Notes: generated from the sequence alone by a model not told the origin. Positions 22,895 through 32,797 are shown, numbered from the stretch's first letter. The stretch is 64,000 nucleotides of DNA from an uncultured delta proteobacterium (GCA_963769935.1 CAVYNY010000011.1:512001-576000); one strand, 5' to 3'. Program-made: numbers and translations.

Positions 22895-23256
22895 GCATTA
22901 TATTGAATATTGAAAATTGCAGATTGAATAATTGTGGAATTCTGTCGTTTTATAAAACTTGTTCTCAACTGCAACTCAATCAATCCTCGCTGCTTTCAGT
23001 CTTGAGCTTCGCTTTCCCCCACTCCGCCCCCGCAAGCCAATATCCAACAGTAATTCCTCGTCATCCGCCTTGAGCCGTGCGCCGTGCGCCTTTCTCATTT
23101 ATTCTATCAGCTATGAGCTATCAGCTGCGCGTCAGCGCTCCCCGCACCCCGCCAACAAACCTCCCTTATTTTAACCGCATTTCAGCATAAATCAATACCG
23201 TGAAAAAGGCGAAGTCAGGTTACTGTTTGAATATACAATATTTTTAAACAAGTTGC

Positions 23257-23285
23257 TTGACATAATTTCGTAATCCATATATCCT
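23257..23285 (+). promoter_or_regulatory. Sigma-70 promoter upstream of small ORF and ihfA
   Basis: TTGACA-17 nt-TATCCT. Confidence 0.6.
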
Positions 23286-23432
23286 TAATAGTATCAGGAT
23301 GTTCGGCAAGCTAGACGATGACCATCTTGCCTCCTAAGTTTACCGAATCAAAAGTCGACTTAATCTGGCTGTCCTCATATAAGAATTTATGGGATTTGAA
23401 TCCCAGGCATATTTTTGGAAGGAGCGCGCTAA

Positions 23433-23564
23433 ATGACCGATGTGGAAGATATGAAGTTGAAGGATGAAATTGATGAAATCATGAAAAGTGTCGATACGAT
23501 AATGAAAAAGGTGGAAACGGTCCTGCCCGCCAAACAGGAGGAAGCACAAACGCAAAGCGAATAG
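23433..23564 (+). CDS. Small acidic hypothetical protein, 43 aa (MTDVEDMKLKDEIDEIMKSVDTIMKKVETVLPAKQEEAQTQSE)
   Basis: GAAGGAG RBS 8 nt before ATG; below ORF-track cutoff; amphipathic pattern. Confidence 0.55.
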   Translation: MTDVEDMKLKDEIDEIMKSVDTIMKKVETVLPAKQEEAQTQSE

Positions 23565-23664
23565 CGTGTTTATCCGGCAGCGGGGCAAGCGGTCGGATCA
23601 GAAAAGACATTATATCCCTTTTAATAAGTTTTTAAAATTTCGGGATGCAATCAGGAGGGGCAAC

Positions 23665-23958
23665 ATGGCGATGACCAAAAATGATATCGTTGCAGCGGTT
23701 CACGAACTCGGTTTCACGAAGAAAAAATCTGTCGAAGTAATTGAATCTTTGCTTGAAATCATAAAAAATGCACTGGAAGCAAGTGAGGATGTTCTGATCT
23801 CAGGATTCGGCAAATTTTGTGTAAAAGAAAAGAACAAGCGCAGAGGTCGCAATCCCGCCACCGGTCAGGATTTGATTCTCAGAGATCGCAAGGTCGTAAC
23901 TTTTAAATGTTCCGGCAAATTAAGAAATAAAATTAATGGAATAGAGTATTCAGAATAA
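23665..23958 (+). CDS. ihfA: Integration host factor alpha subunit
   Basis: MTKNDIV...VLISGFGKF...RRGRNPATG...VVTFKCSGKLR; AGGAGG RBS. Confidence 0.88.
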   Translation: MAMTKNDIVAAVHELGFTKKKSVEVIESLLEIIKNALEASEDVLISGFGKFCVKEKNKRRGRNPATGQDLILRDRKVVTFKCSGKLRNKINGIEYSE

Positions 23959-23988
23959 TCTTTTGTTCAAGTGGGCGATGGATTAATC

Positions 23989-24180
23989 GGCTTGGAAGCT
24001 GGAAAGCCTGGAGGCTGGAAAGATGGGAAGTCTGAATAAAATTTAGGCTAAAGGAAAAAGGTTAAAGGAAAAAACACATAATGCTTTGGGGTATCGGATC
24101 ATTATCCTTCAACTTTTACCCTTTGTCCTTTTACCTTTATCCTTTGTCCTCTGCAGCCTCCCAGCCATATAGCCTCCCCG
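23989..24180. repeat. Nested inverted 8-mer (GGAGGCTG) and 7-mer (AAAGGTT-like) arrays between convergent genes
   Basis: ggaagctggaaagcctggaggctggaaag..aaaggaaaaaggttaaagg ... cctttgtccttttacctttatcctttgtcc..cagcctcccagcc. Confidence 0.7.
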
Positions 24181-24192
24181 CTTCAGGCCGCC

Positions 24193-25581
24193 TTAGAGAT
24201 CTATCTCATACGCTTTTATTTTGCTGAGCAGAGATGGATGACTGATTTCGAGCAAACGGGCGGCCTGGGTCCGATTGCCGCCGGTTTGCTGGAGGGCCCG
24301 GGTGATTAGATCCTTTTCTAGGACCTTCTGGGCATTCTTAAGGGACAGCCCTTCAAAGAAAGGCTGCCCCTGGCTATGACCGCCGGCCGGTCTCGGCTCA
24401 AGCGAAAAATGCTCCGGCAACAGTTGGGATCCATCGGCGATGACCATCGCTCTTTCAAGCACATTTTCCAGTTCCCGGACGTTTCCGGGCCAGTGATATT
24501 CCAACAGCCGCGACATGGCTTCCGGTGCCAAACCCTTTAGGTCTTTTTCAAGAATCTTATTGAGGCGATTGACAAAATGCCTGCACAAAAGCGGAATGTC
24601 TTCGGTGCGCTGATTCAGCGGCGGCAGCTTAATGGTCAAAACGTTTAAGCGATAGTACAAATCTTCGCGAAATGCTCCCCGCCGAACCTCTTCTTCCAGG
24701 TTCTTGGCTGTTGCAGCCACTACCCGAACGTCGATTTTAATCGTCTTGGTTTCACCCAGCGGACGAATTTCATTATCCTGCAGCACTCTTAACAATTTCA
24801 CCTGCAAAGCCAGCGGCAATTCTCCAATTTCATCCAGAAAAATAGTGCCCCCTTCCGCCTCCTGGAAAAGGCCGCGCCGGTTGTGATCGGCTCCGGTGAA
24901 GGCACCCTTTTTATAGCCAAAAAGTTCGCTCTCAAGCAGCGTTTCCGGAATCCCGCCGCAGTTCACGGGCACCAGCGGCCCTGCGGCACGCTGGCTGCTC
25001 TGATGAATACCTCTGGCAACCAACTCCTTGCCGGTGCCGCTATCGCCCTGTATCAGCACGGTTGTCCGGTAGCGGGCGGCTTTTTCTGCCAGCTGGAATA
25101 TGGCCTGCATGCGCTGGCTTTTTCCGACCATTTTGTCAAAGTGATAGTCGCCCTCAATTCTTTGAATCCGCTCTCTTAAAAGGCGGTTTTCCGTTTTTAA
25201 TCGTTCTCTTTCTTCGGCTTTTTTCAAAGTCAGATAGACTTCATCTGTTTTGAAAGGCTTTGAAATATAGTCATAGGCGCCAAGTTTCATGGCGCCGATG
25301 GCAGTATCGATACTCCCGTATGCCGACATCATGATAACGGTCGTGCCGTTGAGCTTGTCGCGAGCGGCTTCTAAAAATTCCATCCCTCCCATTTTGGGCA
25401 TTTTAATATCACACAGGATAAAGTCATACTGGATTTGTTCGATCATTGATAAGCCTGCGCTTCCGTCAGAAGCCGCATCGACCAAATAATCGGCCTTTTT
25501 AAGCACGGTTGAAAGCATATGACGCATGTTCGCTTCGTCATCAATGATCAGCAAGCGTTTTTTGGGACTATTGTCGGCCAT
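24193..25581 (-). CDS. Sigma-54-dependent response regulator (NtrC family)
   Basis: REC domain (IIDDE, CDIKMP), GDSGTGKE, GAFTGA, WPGNVRELEN, Fis-type HTH. Confidence 0.95.
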   Translation of the reverse strand: MADNSPKKRLLIIDDEANMRHMLSTVLKKADYLVDAASDGSAGLSMIEQIQYDFILCDIKMPKMGGMEFLEAARDKLNGTTVIMMSAYGSIDTAIGAMKLGAYDYISKPFKTDEVYLTLKKAEERERLKTENRLLRERIQRIEGDYHFDKMVGKSQRMQAIFQLAEKAARYRTTVLIQGDSGTGKELVARGIHQSSQRAAGPLVPVNCGGIPETLLESELFGYKKGAFTGADHNRRGLFQEAEGGTIFLDEIGELPLALQVKLLRVLQDNEIRPLGETKTIKIDVRVVAATAKNLEEEVRRGAFREDLYYRLNVLTIKLPPLNQRTEDIPLLCRHFVNRLNKILEKDLKGLAPEAMSRLLEYHWPGNVRELENVLERAMVIADGSQLLPEHFSLEPRPAGGHSQGQPFFEGLSLKNAQKVLEKDLITRALQQTGGNRTQAARLLEISHPSLLSKIKAYEIDL

Positions 25582-25649
25582 GGTGAATATCAGCTCCCTT
25601 ATGCCCGTTGAGGCATTTTTTATTAAGCTGTTGTCAAAAACCAAAAAAA

Positions 25650-25800
25650 AGCGAATATCGAATAATGAATGTTGAAAGTCGAATGTCGAAGGGGGGTATT
25701 CTGTCTATTTTATAAAAAGACTGAGCAATGCGAAACCACCCTTCCAAATTCGGGTCGTAGATCACGTCTTTAGCGTGATTCGATATTCTGCGGTTCGGCG
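25650..25800. repeat. Element with inverted CGAAT heptamer arms and GGTATTCTGTC core
   Basis: gcgaatatcgaataatgaatgttgaaagtcgaatgtcgaagg..ggtattctgtc ... attcgatattctgcggttc. Confidence 0.7.
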
Positions 25801-25814
25801 TTCCGGCAACGCGA

Positions 25815-26263
25815 AGTTTCATATAAGCACGGCCACTGGCCGCGAGCGTCCAGTCTGATCGGTAAAAGAAACTTTTAGGAGCTCGGGCACAATTGGATTT
25901 AATATCACACCCACTTCGTTAGAGCTCACAGAGACCGCAGAGAGCATTTTTCTTTCGCCGCAGGCGATTGTAAACCCAGACCTCAGCGATCTCTGAGCGC
26001 TCTGTGTGAGATGTAATTTCACACGAGCCGGGCCGCTGGCCAAAAAGACGGCCAGATTAATCGAGAAAGAAACTTTTGGGAATTCGGACACAGTTGGATT
26101 TACTATCACGCCCACTTTCAGGCTTCGCTCTTCGAGCTACGACCCGACAAGCCGTTAGAGCTCACAGAGACCGCGGAGAATATTTTTCTTTCGCCGCAGG
26201 CGGCTGCCAACCCTTACCTCTGTGACCTCTGAGCGCTCTGTGTGAGATGTAGTTTCATATAAG
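25815..26263. repeat. Tandem duplication of a ~200-bp unit; second copy carries a 35-bp insertion
   Basis: Units 25828-26027 and 26028-26263 share cgttagagctcacagagaccgc...ctctgagcgctctgtgtgagatgta; bounded by three A(G/A)TTTCA(T/C)A(T/C)(A/G)AG motifs. Confidence 0.85.
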
Positions 26264-26266
26264 ATT

Positions 26267-27817
26267 TTATAGTTCAGGTTGATATAACGGCAAAGAAATT
26301 ATCATCGTGGTTCCGTTGCCCGCTTCACTGAGCCCGGTCATCTTGCCGCCCAGACCTTCGATGATCATGAAGCTGACCGACAGACCGAGCCCGGTGCCCT
26401 GGCCGGGATCTTTGGTGGTAAAAAACGGGTCGAAAATGTTGCCGAGGTTTTCCTCGGCAATTCCCGGTCCATTATCAATAAAAGATATTTTTATGCAATT
26501 CGGGATCGTCCTGTTGTCAGGATCGTTGGTATTCTCACTCTCCGTGGTTATCCTCAGCTTGCCCTCGCATTTTTTATCTTCACTTGATATCGCATCCGCG
26601 GCATTAATAATTAAATTCAGAAAAACCTGCCGCAGCTGGTTGGGATCGGCCCATACGGTATCCTCCAAGGCATCAAGACTGAGACACAGCTCTACATTTG
26701 ACATCAGGGGCTGTACGCGCAAAACATCGGCTGTATCATGGATTAAATCATGGACGGCAACCGTCATACGCCCCGAATTCGATGGTCGCGATATTTCGAG
26801 AAGCTGCCGGATAATGGTATTGATGCGCTCGATCTCCTGCTCCGTGCGCTGTATATATTCTCTGCTCTCAGGTTCAGAAATATCTCCTTGTTTGAGCAAC
26901 TCCAGGTAGCCCATGACGATGCCGATCGGATTGCCGATTTCATGGGCGATGCCGGCCGATAGTCTGCCCACGGATGCTAATTTTTCGGCCCGGATAATTT
27001 CCCTTTGCGCTTTTTTTAATTCAAGGTTTGCCTTTTCGAGAGAAAGAACCGTTGAGCGAAGCTTTTCCTTGTTGGCTGAAATTCGCTTCAACATACTATT
27101 GAGCGCCTTGGACAGTCGATTCAGCTCGTTGTCTTCTTTGCGGACGGTAAAAATGAGTTCATCATCTTCTTTGTAATCTTCAGCACGCTTGGCCAACCTG
27201 GAAAGCGGCTGCAAGTAAAGCTTTGAAATCCGATGAATGCCGACATAGGTGAGAATCGTGATATTGATGAAAAGATATATCCAAAATATCTTTTGTGAAT
27301 TTCTGAGCGCTTGATGGACTCTGTCCAACGACAGAACAATGCCAATCCCGCCAACGGTCGCACCTTTCTTTAGCAATGGTGCGGAAAGTGTCAGATGGGC
27401 CGTCTGTTTAATGAATATGCCCCAACTGGTGCCGGTAAAATGAATCGCTTTCTGGCCGGAAGACATCGCTGCTTTGATGTATCGGCTGAGTCTGTCGGGT
27501 GCGACATCCGGATTCCGATGCAGGATGACCTGTTCGCCACTGCTGTTCAGAACCAGTACGGCAGCCAGCTGCGGATCGCCCAACATCTGAGTGAGCAGCA
27601 TACCGGGGGATACGTCTGCGCTTCGGCCATCCACGAGAATACCATTAAACAGGCTGTTTTCGAACGAAGACAGCAGAAAATTGGCTTTAAACACCTCCGA
27701 ACGAATCAGCTCGCGCTTAACGGTAACGATCGTAATCAAATCGACCAGAAGCATCGCCAGAAACAGCAGAATCGCAATATTGATTGCGATTTTGGTTCTC
27801 AAACCCCGGGTAAACAC
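26267..27817 (-). CDS. Membrane sensor histidine kinase (HAMP, HisKA, HATPase)
   Basis: Two TMs, EKLASVGRLSAGIAHEIGNP H-box, NLIINAADA, DNGPG, GTGLGL; GTG start with GGAG RBS. Confidence 0.93.
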   Translation of the reverse strand: MFTRGLRTKIAINIAILLFLAMLLVDLITIVTVKRELIRSEVFKANFLLSSFENSLFNGILVDGRSADVSPGMLLTQMLGDPQLAAVLVLNSSGEQVILHRNPDVAPDRLSRYIKAAMSSGQKAIHFTGTSWGIFIKQTAHLTLSAPLLKKGATVGGIGIVLSLDRVHQALRNSQKIFWIYLFINITILTYVGIHRISKLYLQPLSRLAKRAEDYKEDDELIFTVRKEDNELNRLSKALNSMLKRISANKEKLRSTVLSLEKANLELKKAQREIIRAEKLASVGRLSAGIAHEIGNPIGIVMGYLELLKQGDISEPESREYIQRTEQEIERINTIIRQLLEISRPSNSGRMTVAVHDLIHDTADVLRVQPLMSNVELCLSLDALEDTVWADPNQLRQVFLNLIINAADAISSEDKKCEGKLRITTESENTNDPDNRTIPNCIKISFIDNGPGIAEENLGNIFDPFFTTKDPGQGTGLGLSVSFMIIEGLGGKMTGLSEAGNGTTMIISLPLYQPEL

Positions 27818-28308
27818 GTTTAAGCCAATCTCCAATATAGATATCAAGCATTTAGTCCAAGTATTAAAAATTTTAATAGATGCAATAATGATGCCCAAAG
27901 ATGCCGGAATCCGCTGTTGTTTAAGGAATCGGTCGCAGTCGACTGCGACCGGGTGCTTAGCCGGTTTTTCGGCCGGCCGCCATGTTCGGCCGGGGGCCTT
28001 AAACATACCGTTTTGATCCATGTTTAGGATCAGCCCGGCTCATCTTCAAAATCCAGGATTTTCTATGAGCCCATCGCGGTTCAAGCGGAAATGGGCCGGC
28101 AAAGATCAATATTGGGCATCCAGCGTCAAATTTGTAACGATTCGGTTGCGGCTTAAAATCGTTGGCAAGATTGACATTCTGCCGGCAGACGGGTATTGAT
28201 GGAACAACTAAAGTGATCTGGATTGCCTAAAATTACAATCCTTTGAAATTCGAATACAATAAGTTTACATGATAATGCGACAAAGAAGCGTTGTTCTTGT
28301 GAGGGATC

Positions 28309-30054
28309 ATGGAGCACACTGCAACCTGTGAACACATATTTGAGTCGATGGGCAGCGGCGTGGTAGCCACCGATGCGTCCGGCAGAATTGTTTATATTAA
28401 TCGGAAGGCATCGGATATGGTCAATTCGACCGCCGCCGCCGCTTTAAACGATGATATTCGTCATCTGCTGCCGGAGGCGCAACGTCTATTCGACGCATGC
28501 CTGCGATCCGGAGAAATCCAACTTGGTCAATATGTGCCGCGAAAAAACAGCAAATTTGTCGTGGACGCGGCGCCAATCAAATTCGAGGACCATATTGAAG
28601 GTATTGCTGTTTCTCTGCATTATCTGGATGATTTTGAGCATGCGCTGCGTCACTCGGAGGGGTATTTAAAGATGAGCAAACAGCTCGATGCCATTTTTAA
28701 GGGCACTTCAGACGGCCTTTGGGTTCACGACAACCATGGCAGAATAATCAATATCAATACCGTCTCCGAAATGATTAACGGCATCCGAGCCAAAGATGTT
28801 GTCGGCAGGAGTATTTATGATTTGGTCGAGGAAGGTATTTTGGAAGGCATCGTTACCCCGGAGATTTTGCGAACCAAACGCCAATTCAGCACCCTGTCCA
28901 CCGTCAAAAAAACAGGCAAACGGGTCCTCGTGACCGGAACACCGATTTTGGATGAAGACGGCAATGTCTCGCTGATTGTAAGCAACGAGCGGGATCTGAC
29001 GCATTGGAATGCTGTCAAAGAAGATTTGGAGCGCAGCCGCAAAGTTGCCGAAAAATATAAGGATGAATTCGAGCAATTGAGCCGGCTGGAGTCGGGACAG
29101 CATCAAATCGTGGCTGAAGGCAGGCAGATGAAGCAAGTTCTGCGCATCGGCATGAAACTGGCTCGGATGGGCGCTTCCAATATCCTGATTCAGGGCGAGT
29201 CGGGCACCGGCAAAGGGCTGCTCGCAAAATTCATACATGATAACAGCAGACGAAAACCGAAACCCTTCATACCAATAAATTGCGCCGCCCTGCCGGAAAG
29301 TCTTCTGGAAGCAGAACTTTTCGGATATGAAAAGGGCGCCTTCACCGGAGCCAGGGAACAGGGGAAAATCGGTTTGTTTGAATTGGCCCACGAAGGAACG
29401 CTTTTTCTGGATGAAATCGGGGATCTTCCTCTCAGCGTGCAGGCCAAACTGTTGAAATATCTAGATGACCAGGAAATCCTGCCCCTCGGCGGCATTCAGC
29501 GCAAAAAGGTAGATTGCACCATCATCGCGGCGACCAACCAGGACCTTGCCCAACTGACCCGGCAGAAGCGTTTCCGGCAAGATCTATTTTTCCGGTTAAA
29601 TACGTTTAAGGTGCAGATTCCGCCGCTGCGCAGCAGAACCGGAGACGTCCTGAAAATGACCGAGTATTTCCTCCAAAGGTACAATGGCGAATACCAGGTG
29701 CAGCGACGTATCACCCCTAAGGCCATGTACCGGCTGCAGGCGTATCCATATCCCGGCAACGTGCGGGAATTGCAAAATATTATCAGAGAAGCCGTGGTAT
29801 TAAGCGATAATGACGTGCTGGATGATTTCCTGGCCGACAACATCGGGAGCGGGGAAAAAATAGTCGGAAATGAATTTAAATCCCTGACGGGCCTGCCGTA
29901 TCCAATCCGCTTGCAGGATAAAATCCAGTATCTGGAAAAAGAGATTTTGTCGGATGCATGTATTCGCTTCGGATCAACCAGAAAAATTGCCCAGAACCTT
30001 GGGACCAGCCAAAGCAGCGTCATGCGCAGGATGAAGAAATACGGCCTGGCATAA
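28309..30054 (+). CDS. PAS-PAS sigma-54 enhancer-binding protein (RocR/TyrR-like architecture)
   Basis: Two PAS-like segments, GESGTGKG, ELFGYEKGAFTGA, YPGNVRELQN, C-terminal HTH; no REC domain. Confidence 0.93.
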   Translation: MEHTATCEHIFESMGSGVVATDASGRIVYINRKASDMVNSTAAAALNDDIRHLLPEAQRLFDACLRSGEIQLGQYVPRKNSKFVVDAAPIKFEDHIEGIAVSLHYLDDFEHALRHSEGYLKMSKQLDAIFKGTSDGLWVHDNHGRIININTVSEMINGIRAKDVVGRSIYDLVEEGILEGIVTPEILRTKRQFSTLSTVKKTGKRVLVTGTPILDEDGNVSLIVSNERDLTHWNAVKEDLERSRKVAEKYKDEFEQLSRLESGQHQIVAEGRQMKQVLRIGMKLARMGASNILIQGESGTGKGLLAKFIHDNSRRKPKPFIPINCAALPESLLEAELFGYEKGAFTGAREQGKIGLFELAHEGTLFLDEIGDLPLSVQAKLLKYLDDQEILPLGGIQRKKVDCTIIAATNQDLAQLTRQKRFRQDLFFRLNTFKVQIPPLRSRTGDVLKMTEYFLQRYNGEYQVQRRITPKAMYRLQAYPYPGNVRELQNIIREAVVLSDNDVLDDFLADNIGSGEKIVGNEFKSLTGLPYPIRLQDKIQYLEKEILSDACIRFGSTRKIAQNLGTSQSSVMRRMKKYGLA

Positions 30055-30063
30055 TTTAATCAA

Positions 30064-30197
30064 AATCGGTTCAATACAAATCTAACATTTTGAATTTAAA
30101 CAATATATGGAGATATAAAATAACGATTCATAATCGGTTCAAATTATTTAAATAATTTTCAATAGGTTAATCTATTGAAGAGTCTAGGCCGGTTCAA
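30064..30197 (+). promoter_or_regulatory. Candidate upstream activator sites (repeated AATCGGTTCAA)
   Basis: aatcggttcaa at 30064 and 30132, cggttcaa at 30190, in an AT-rich spacer upstream of the -24/-12 promoter. Confidence 0.5.
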
Positions 30198-30270
30198 CCT
30201 GATTCTCCTGGCGCTGCCTTATTATAAATAACATACTAAAATTATTAAAAATAAATAATACATAAAATCC

Positions 30271-30286
30271 TGGCTCTAATTTTGCT
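30271..30286 (+). promoter_or_regulatory. Sigma-54 (-24/-12) promoter of the amidinotransferase operon
   Basis: TGGCTC-TAATT-TTGCT matches TGGCAC-N5-TTGCW spacing, next to a bEBP gene. Confidence 0.8.
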
Positions 30287-30357
30287 TTACCTATTTTGAT
30301 TAAATTCGCTTAACCAGATACCAGTTTTTTTATTCCCGGATAAAAATGGAGGCTAAG

Positions 30358-31503
30358 ATGCAAGAGCAAAACATTCATCGCAAAACGATTGTAAACTCCT
30401 GGAACGAATGGGATCCGCTAAAACACGTCATCGTCGGCCGCGCCGATGGGACCATGGTTCAGGCGCCGGAGCCGGCCATTGAACGCAACTGGCCTGATCA
30501 TGGATTTCCGCTGGGAACCTACGGTCCCCTGCCCAAAGAAATGGAGGCCAAAGCCAACGCCCAGCTGGATAATTTTGCCAAGCTGCTGGAAAGCCGGGGA
30601 ATCCGCGTCGACCGGCCGACCCCACTGGATTTCGGACAGGAGGTGCGCACGCCGGACTGGGAGCAGAAGTCCATGTTCGGGTGCATGCCGCCACGGGACG
30701 TTCTGTTGACTGTCGGCCATGAAATCATTGAAGCAACCATGTCGCAACGGGCCCGCTGGTATGAATATCTTTGTTATCGGCCGTTGCTGGAGCAATATTT
30801 CAGGGAAGATCCCAGCTTCAGGTGGGAAGCGGCCCCCAAACCTCGGCTGAATGATGATTCTTACAAAAAAGACTACTGGCGTGAATGGGAGAAGAAAAGC
30901 AAGGAAGAGAAGGAAAAAGCGATTTATGGCCGTGATTGGGTTCTAACGGAAAAAGAGCCCTGCTTCGATGCCGCTGATATCGGCCGGGCCGGCAAAGATC
31001 TTTTCGTCTATCATTCATCGGTAACCAACAAAGCCGGGCTCGAATGGTTACGGCGGCACTTTCCGAATCATCGCATTCACCCGGTTTGGTTTTACGAGGA
31101 AAATCCGATTCACATCGATGCGACGTTCGTCGTCCTGCGGCCCGGTTTGGCGCTCAGCAATCGTAAACGAAAACCTCTAACACCCAAATTAGTCGATTTT
31201 TTCGCAAAGAATGACTGGCAGATCGTCGAATGCGCCAAGCCCGCCCTGGACACCTATCCCCCCCTGTCGTTCTGCAGCCCCTGGCTGTCGATGAATACGC
31301 TGATGCTGGATTCCAAGACCATCTGTGCCGATGCTCAGGAAAAAGACCAGATGGAGCAGTTCGACAAGCTCGGATTTGAAGTTATTCCCGTGGAGTTTGC
31401 CGATGTGAGTGCTTTCGGCGGCGGTTTGCATTGTGCCACGGCGGATGTTTACCGGGAGGGCGAGTGCGTGGATTATTTCCCTCATCAGATAGAGGGGTTT
31501 TAA
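30358..31503 (+). CDS. Amidinotransferase (L-arginine:glycine amidinotransferase AGAT/CyrA family)
   Basis: VNSWNEWDPLK, MPPRD, EPCFDAAD (Asp), PIHIDATF (His), WLSMN, GGGLHCAT (Cys); GGAGG RBS before ATG 30358. Confidence 0.92.
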   Translation: MQEQNIHRKTIVNSWNEWDPLKHVIVGRADGTMVQAPEPAIERNWPDHGFPLGTYGPLPKEMEAKANAQLDNFAKLLESRGIRVDRPTPLDFGQEVRTPDWEQKSMFGCMPPRDVLLTVGHEIIEATMSQRARWYEYLCYRPLLEQYFREDPSFRWEAAPKPRLNDDSYKKDYWREWEKKSKEEKEKAIYGRDWVLTEKEPCFDAADIGRAGKDLFVYHSSVTNKAGLEWLRRHFPNHRIHPVWFYEENPIHIDATFVVLRPGLALSNRKRKPLTPKLVDFFAKNDWQIVECAKPALDTYPPLSFCSPWLSMNTLMLDSKTICADAQEKDQMEQFDKLGFEVIPVEFADVSAFGGGLHCATADVYREGECVDYFPHQIEGF

Positions 31504-31511
31504 AAACGCTG

Positions 31512-31733
31512 AAAGGTTCAAAGGTTAGAACGTAAGAAGGTGAGAGGGTAAGAGGGTAGGAGGGTAGGAGGGTAGGAGGGTAGAGAGAGTTGAGAAGTTG
31601 AGGATTGCGGGATTCATCGGAAATTGCGTCAAAATAAGATCGATTAACCATATTTATTCGTCATTAGAAAATAATCAGTCGCCAATTTTGACGAAGATAA
31701 CCTTGAACCCCGAACCTCTGAACGCTGAACCCA
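31512..31733. repeat. Intra-operon spacer with GAGGGTAG 8-mer tandem array and GGTTCA/TGAACC arms
   Basis: gagggtaagagggtaggagggtaggagggtaggagggtag; ttgaaccccgaacctctgaacgctgaaccc. Confidence 0.75.
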
Positions 31734-31749
31734 AAAAAGGGAGGCAACC

Positions 31750-32751
31750 ATGGCATTCAATCTAAGAAACAGGCATTTTTTGAAATTGTTGGATTTTACA
31801 CCCGGGGAGATTAAGTTTTTGCTGGAACTTGCGCTCGATCTGAAAAAGGCTAAGTATGCCGGGTTTGAGCAGCAGCGCCTGGTTGGCAAAAATATTGCGC
31901 TCATTTTTGAAAAGTCCTCGACGCGAACCCGGTGTGCCTTTGAAGTGGCGGCTTTCGATCAGGGGGCGCATGTGACATACCTGGGGCCGTCCGGATCCCA
32001 GATGGGGGCCAAGGAATCCATGAAGGACACGGCCCGCGTCCTGGGCCGCATGTATGACGGAATTGAATATCGCGGGTTCGGGCAGGCCATCGTCGAAGAA
32101 TTGGCAAAATATGCCGGCGTGCCGGTCTGGAACGGATTGACGAATGAATATCACCCCACCCAGGTGCTGGCGGATTTCCTAACGATGATGGAGTATTCGG
32201 ATAAACCGCTGCATCAGGTGAAATTTGCTTACCTGGGGGATGCCCGCAACAACATGGGCAATTCTCTGCTGGTGGGCGCTGCCAAAATGGGAATGGATTT
32301 TCGATCTGTAGCCCCCCTAAGCGTCCAGCCCAACAAGGAGCTGGTTGCAACCGCCAACCGCATCGCCGGCCAAACCGGAGCCACGATCACCATCACTGAT
32401 GACCTGAACAAGGGCCTGAAAGGGTGTGATTTTTTATACACGGATGTGTGGGTTTCCATGGGCGAACCGGAAAAGGTCTGGCAGGAGCGTATCAATCTGC
32501 TTAAACCCTATCAAGTCAATGCCGCCGCCTTAGAAAAGACCGGCAATCCGCACGTGAAGTTTATGCACTGTCTGCCGGCATTTCACAACCGGGAAACCAC
32601 CATCGGGGAGGAAATTTTCAGAAAATTCGGCCTCGAGGCAATGGAAGTCACCGAAGAAGTGTTCGAGTCCCCGGCTTCGATTGTGTGGGACGAAGCGGAA
32701 AACCGCATCCATACGATTAAGGCCGTAATGATTGCGACCCTGGGCGCATGA
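31750..32751 (+). CDS. arcB: Ornithine carbamoyltransferase, catabolic ArcB type
   Basis: [41 protein letters not shown] (ornithine SMG loop), HCLPAFH; adjacent to carbamate kinase. Confidence 0.93.
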   Translation: MAFNLRNRHFLKLLDFTPGEIKFLLELALDLKKAKYAGFEQQRLVGKNIALIFEKSSTRTRCAFEVAAFDQGAHVTYLGPSGSQMGAKESMKDTARVLGRMYDGIEYRGFGQAIVEELAKYAGVPVWNGLTNEYHPTQVLADFLTMMEYSDKPLHQVKFAYLGDARNNMGNSLLVGAAKMGMDFRSVAPLSVQPNKELVATANRIAGQTGATITITDDLNKGLKGCDFLYTDVWVSMGEPEKVWQERINLLKPYQVNAAALEKTGNPHVKFMHCLPAFHNRETTIGEEIFRKFGLEAMEVTEEVFESPASIVWDEAENRIHTIKAVMIATLGA

Positions 32752-32797
32752 TGCTCAAAGCTCTATTATGATCCGGGTAATTAAATGAGAATTATAC

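Noticed and set aside
22819..23200. Prophage or genomic island integrated at tRNA-Thr
   Set aside because: No integrase and no duplicated tRNA 3' end seen in the window; only short repeat remnants follow.
25815..26263. CRISPR array or integron attC array
   Set aside because: Units are ~200 bp and similar to each other rather than unique spacers; no cas or integrase gene; ends do not fit the attC RYYYAAC/GTTRRRY pattern.
30358..31503. Arginine deiminase (arcA), as expected next to arcB/arcC
   Set aside because: Motifs (SWNEWDPLK, CFDAAD, HIDATF, GGGLHCAT) are amidinotransferase-type; ArcA patterns such as SEIGxL, FTRD, EGGD, MHLDT and GRGGxRCMS are absent.
31750..32751. Putrescine carbamoyltransferase (agmatine pathway)
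   Set aside because: Has the ornithine-binding DVWVSMG loop and ArcB-like N-terminus; no agmatine deiminase nearby.
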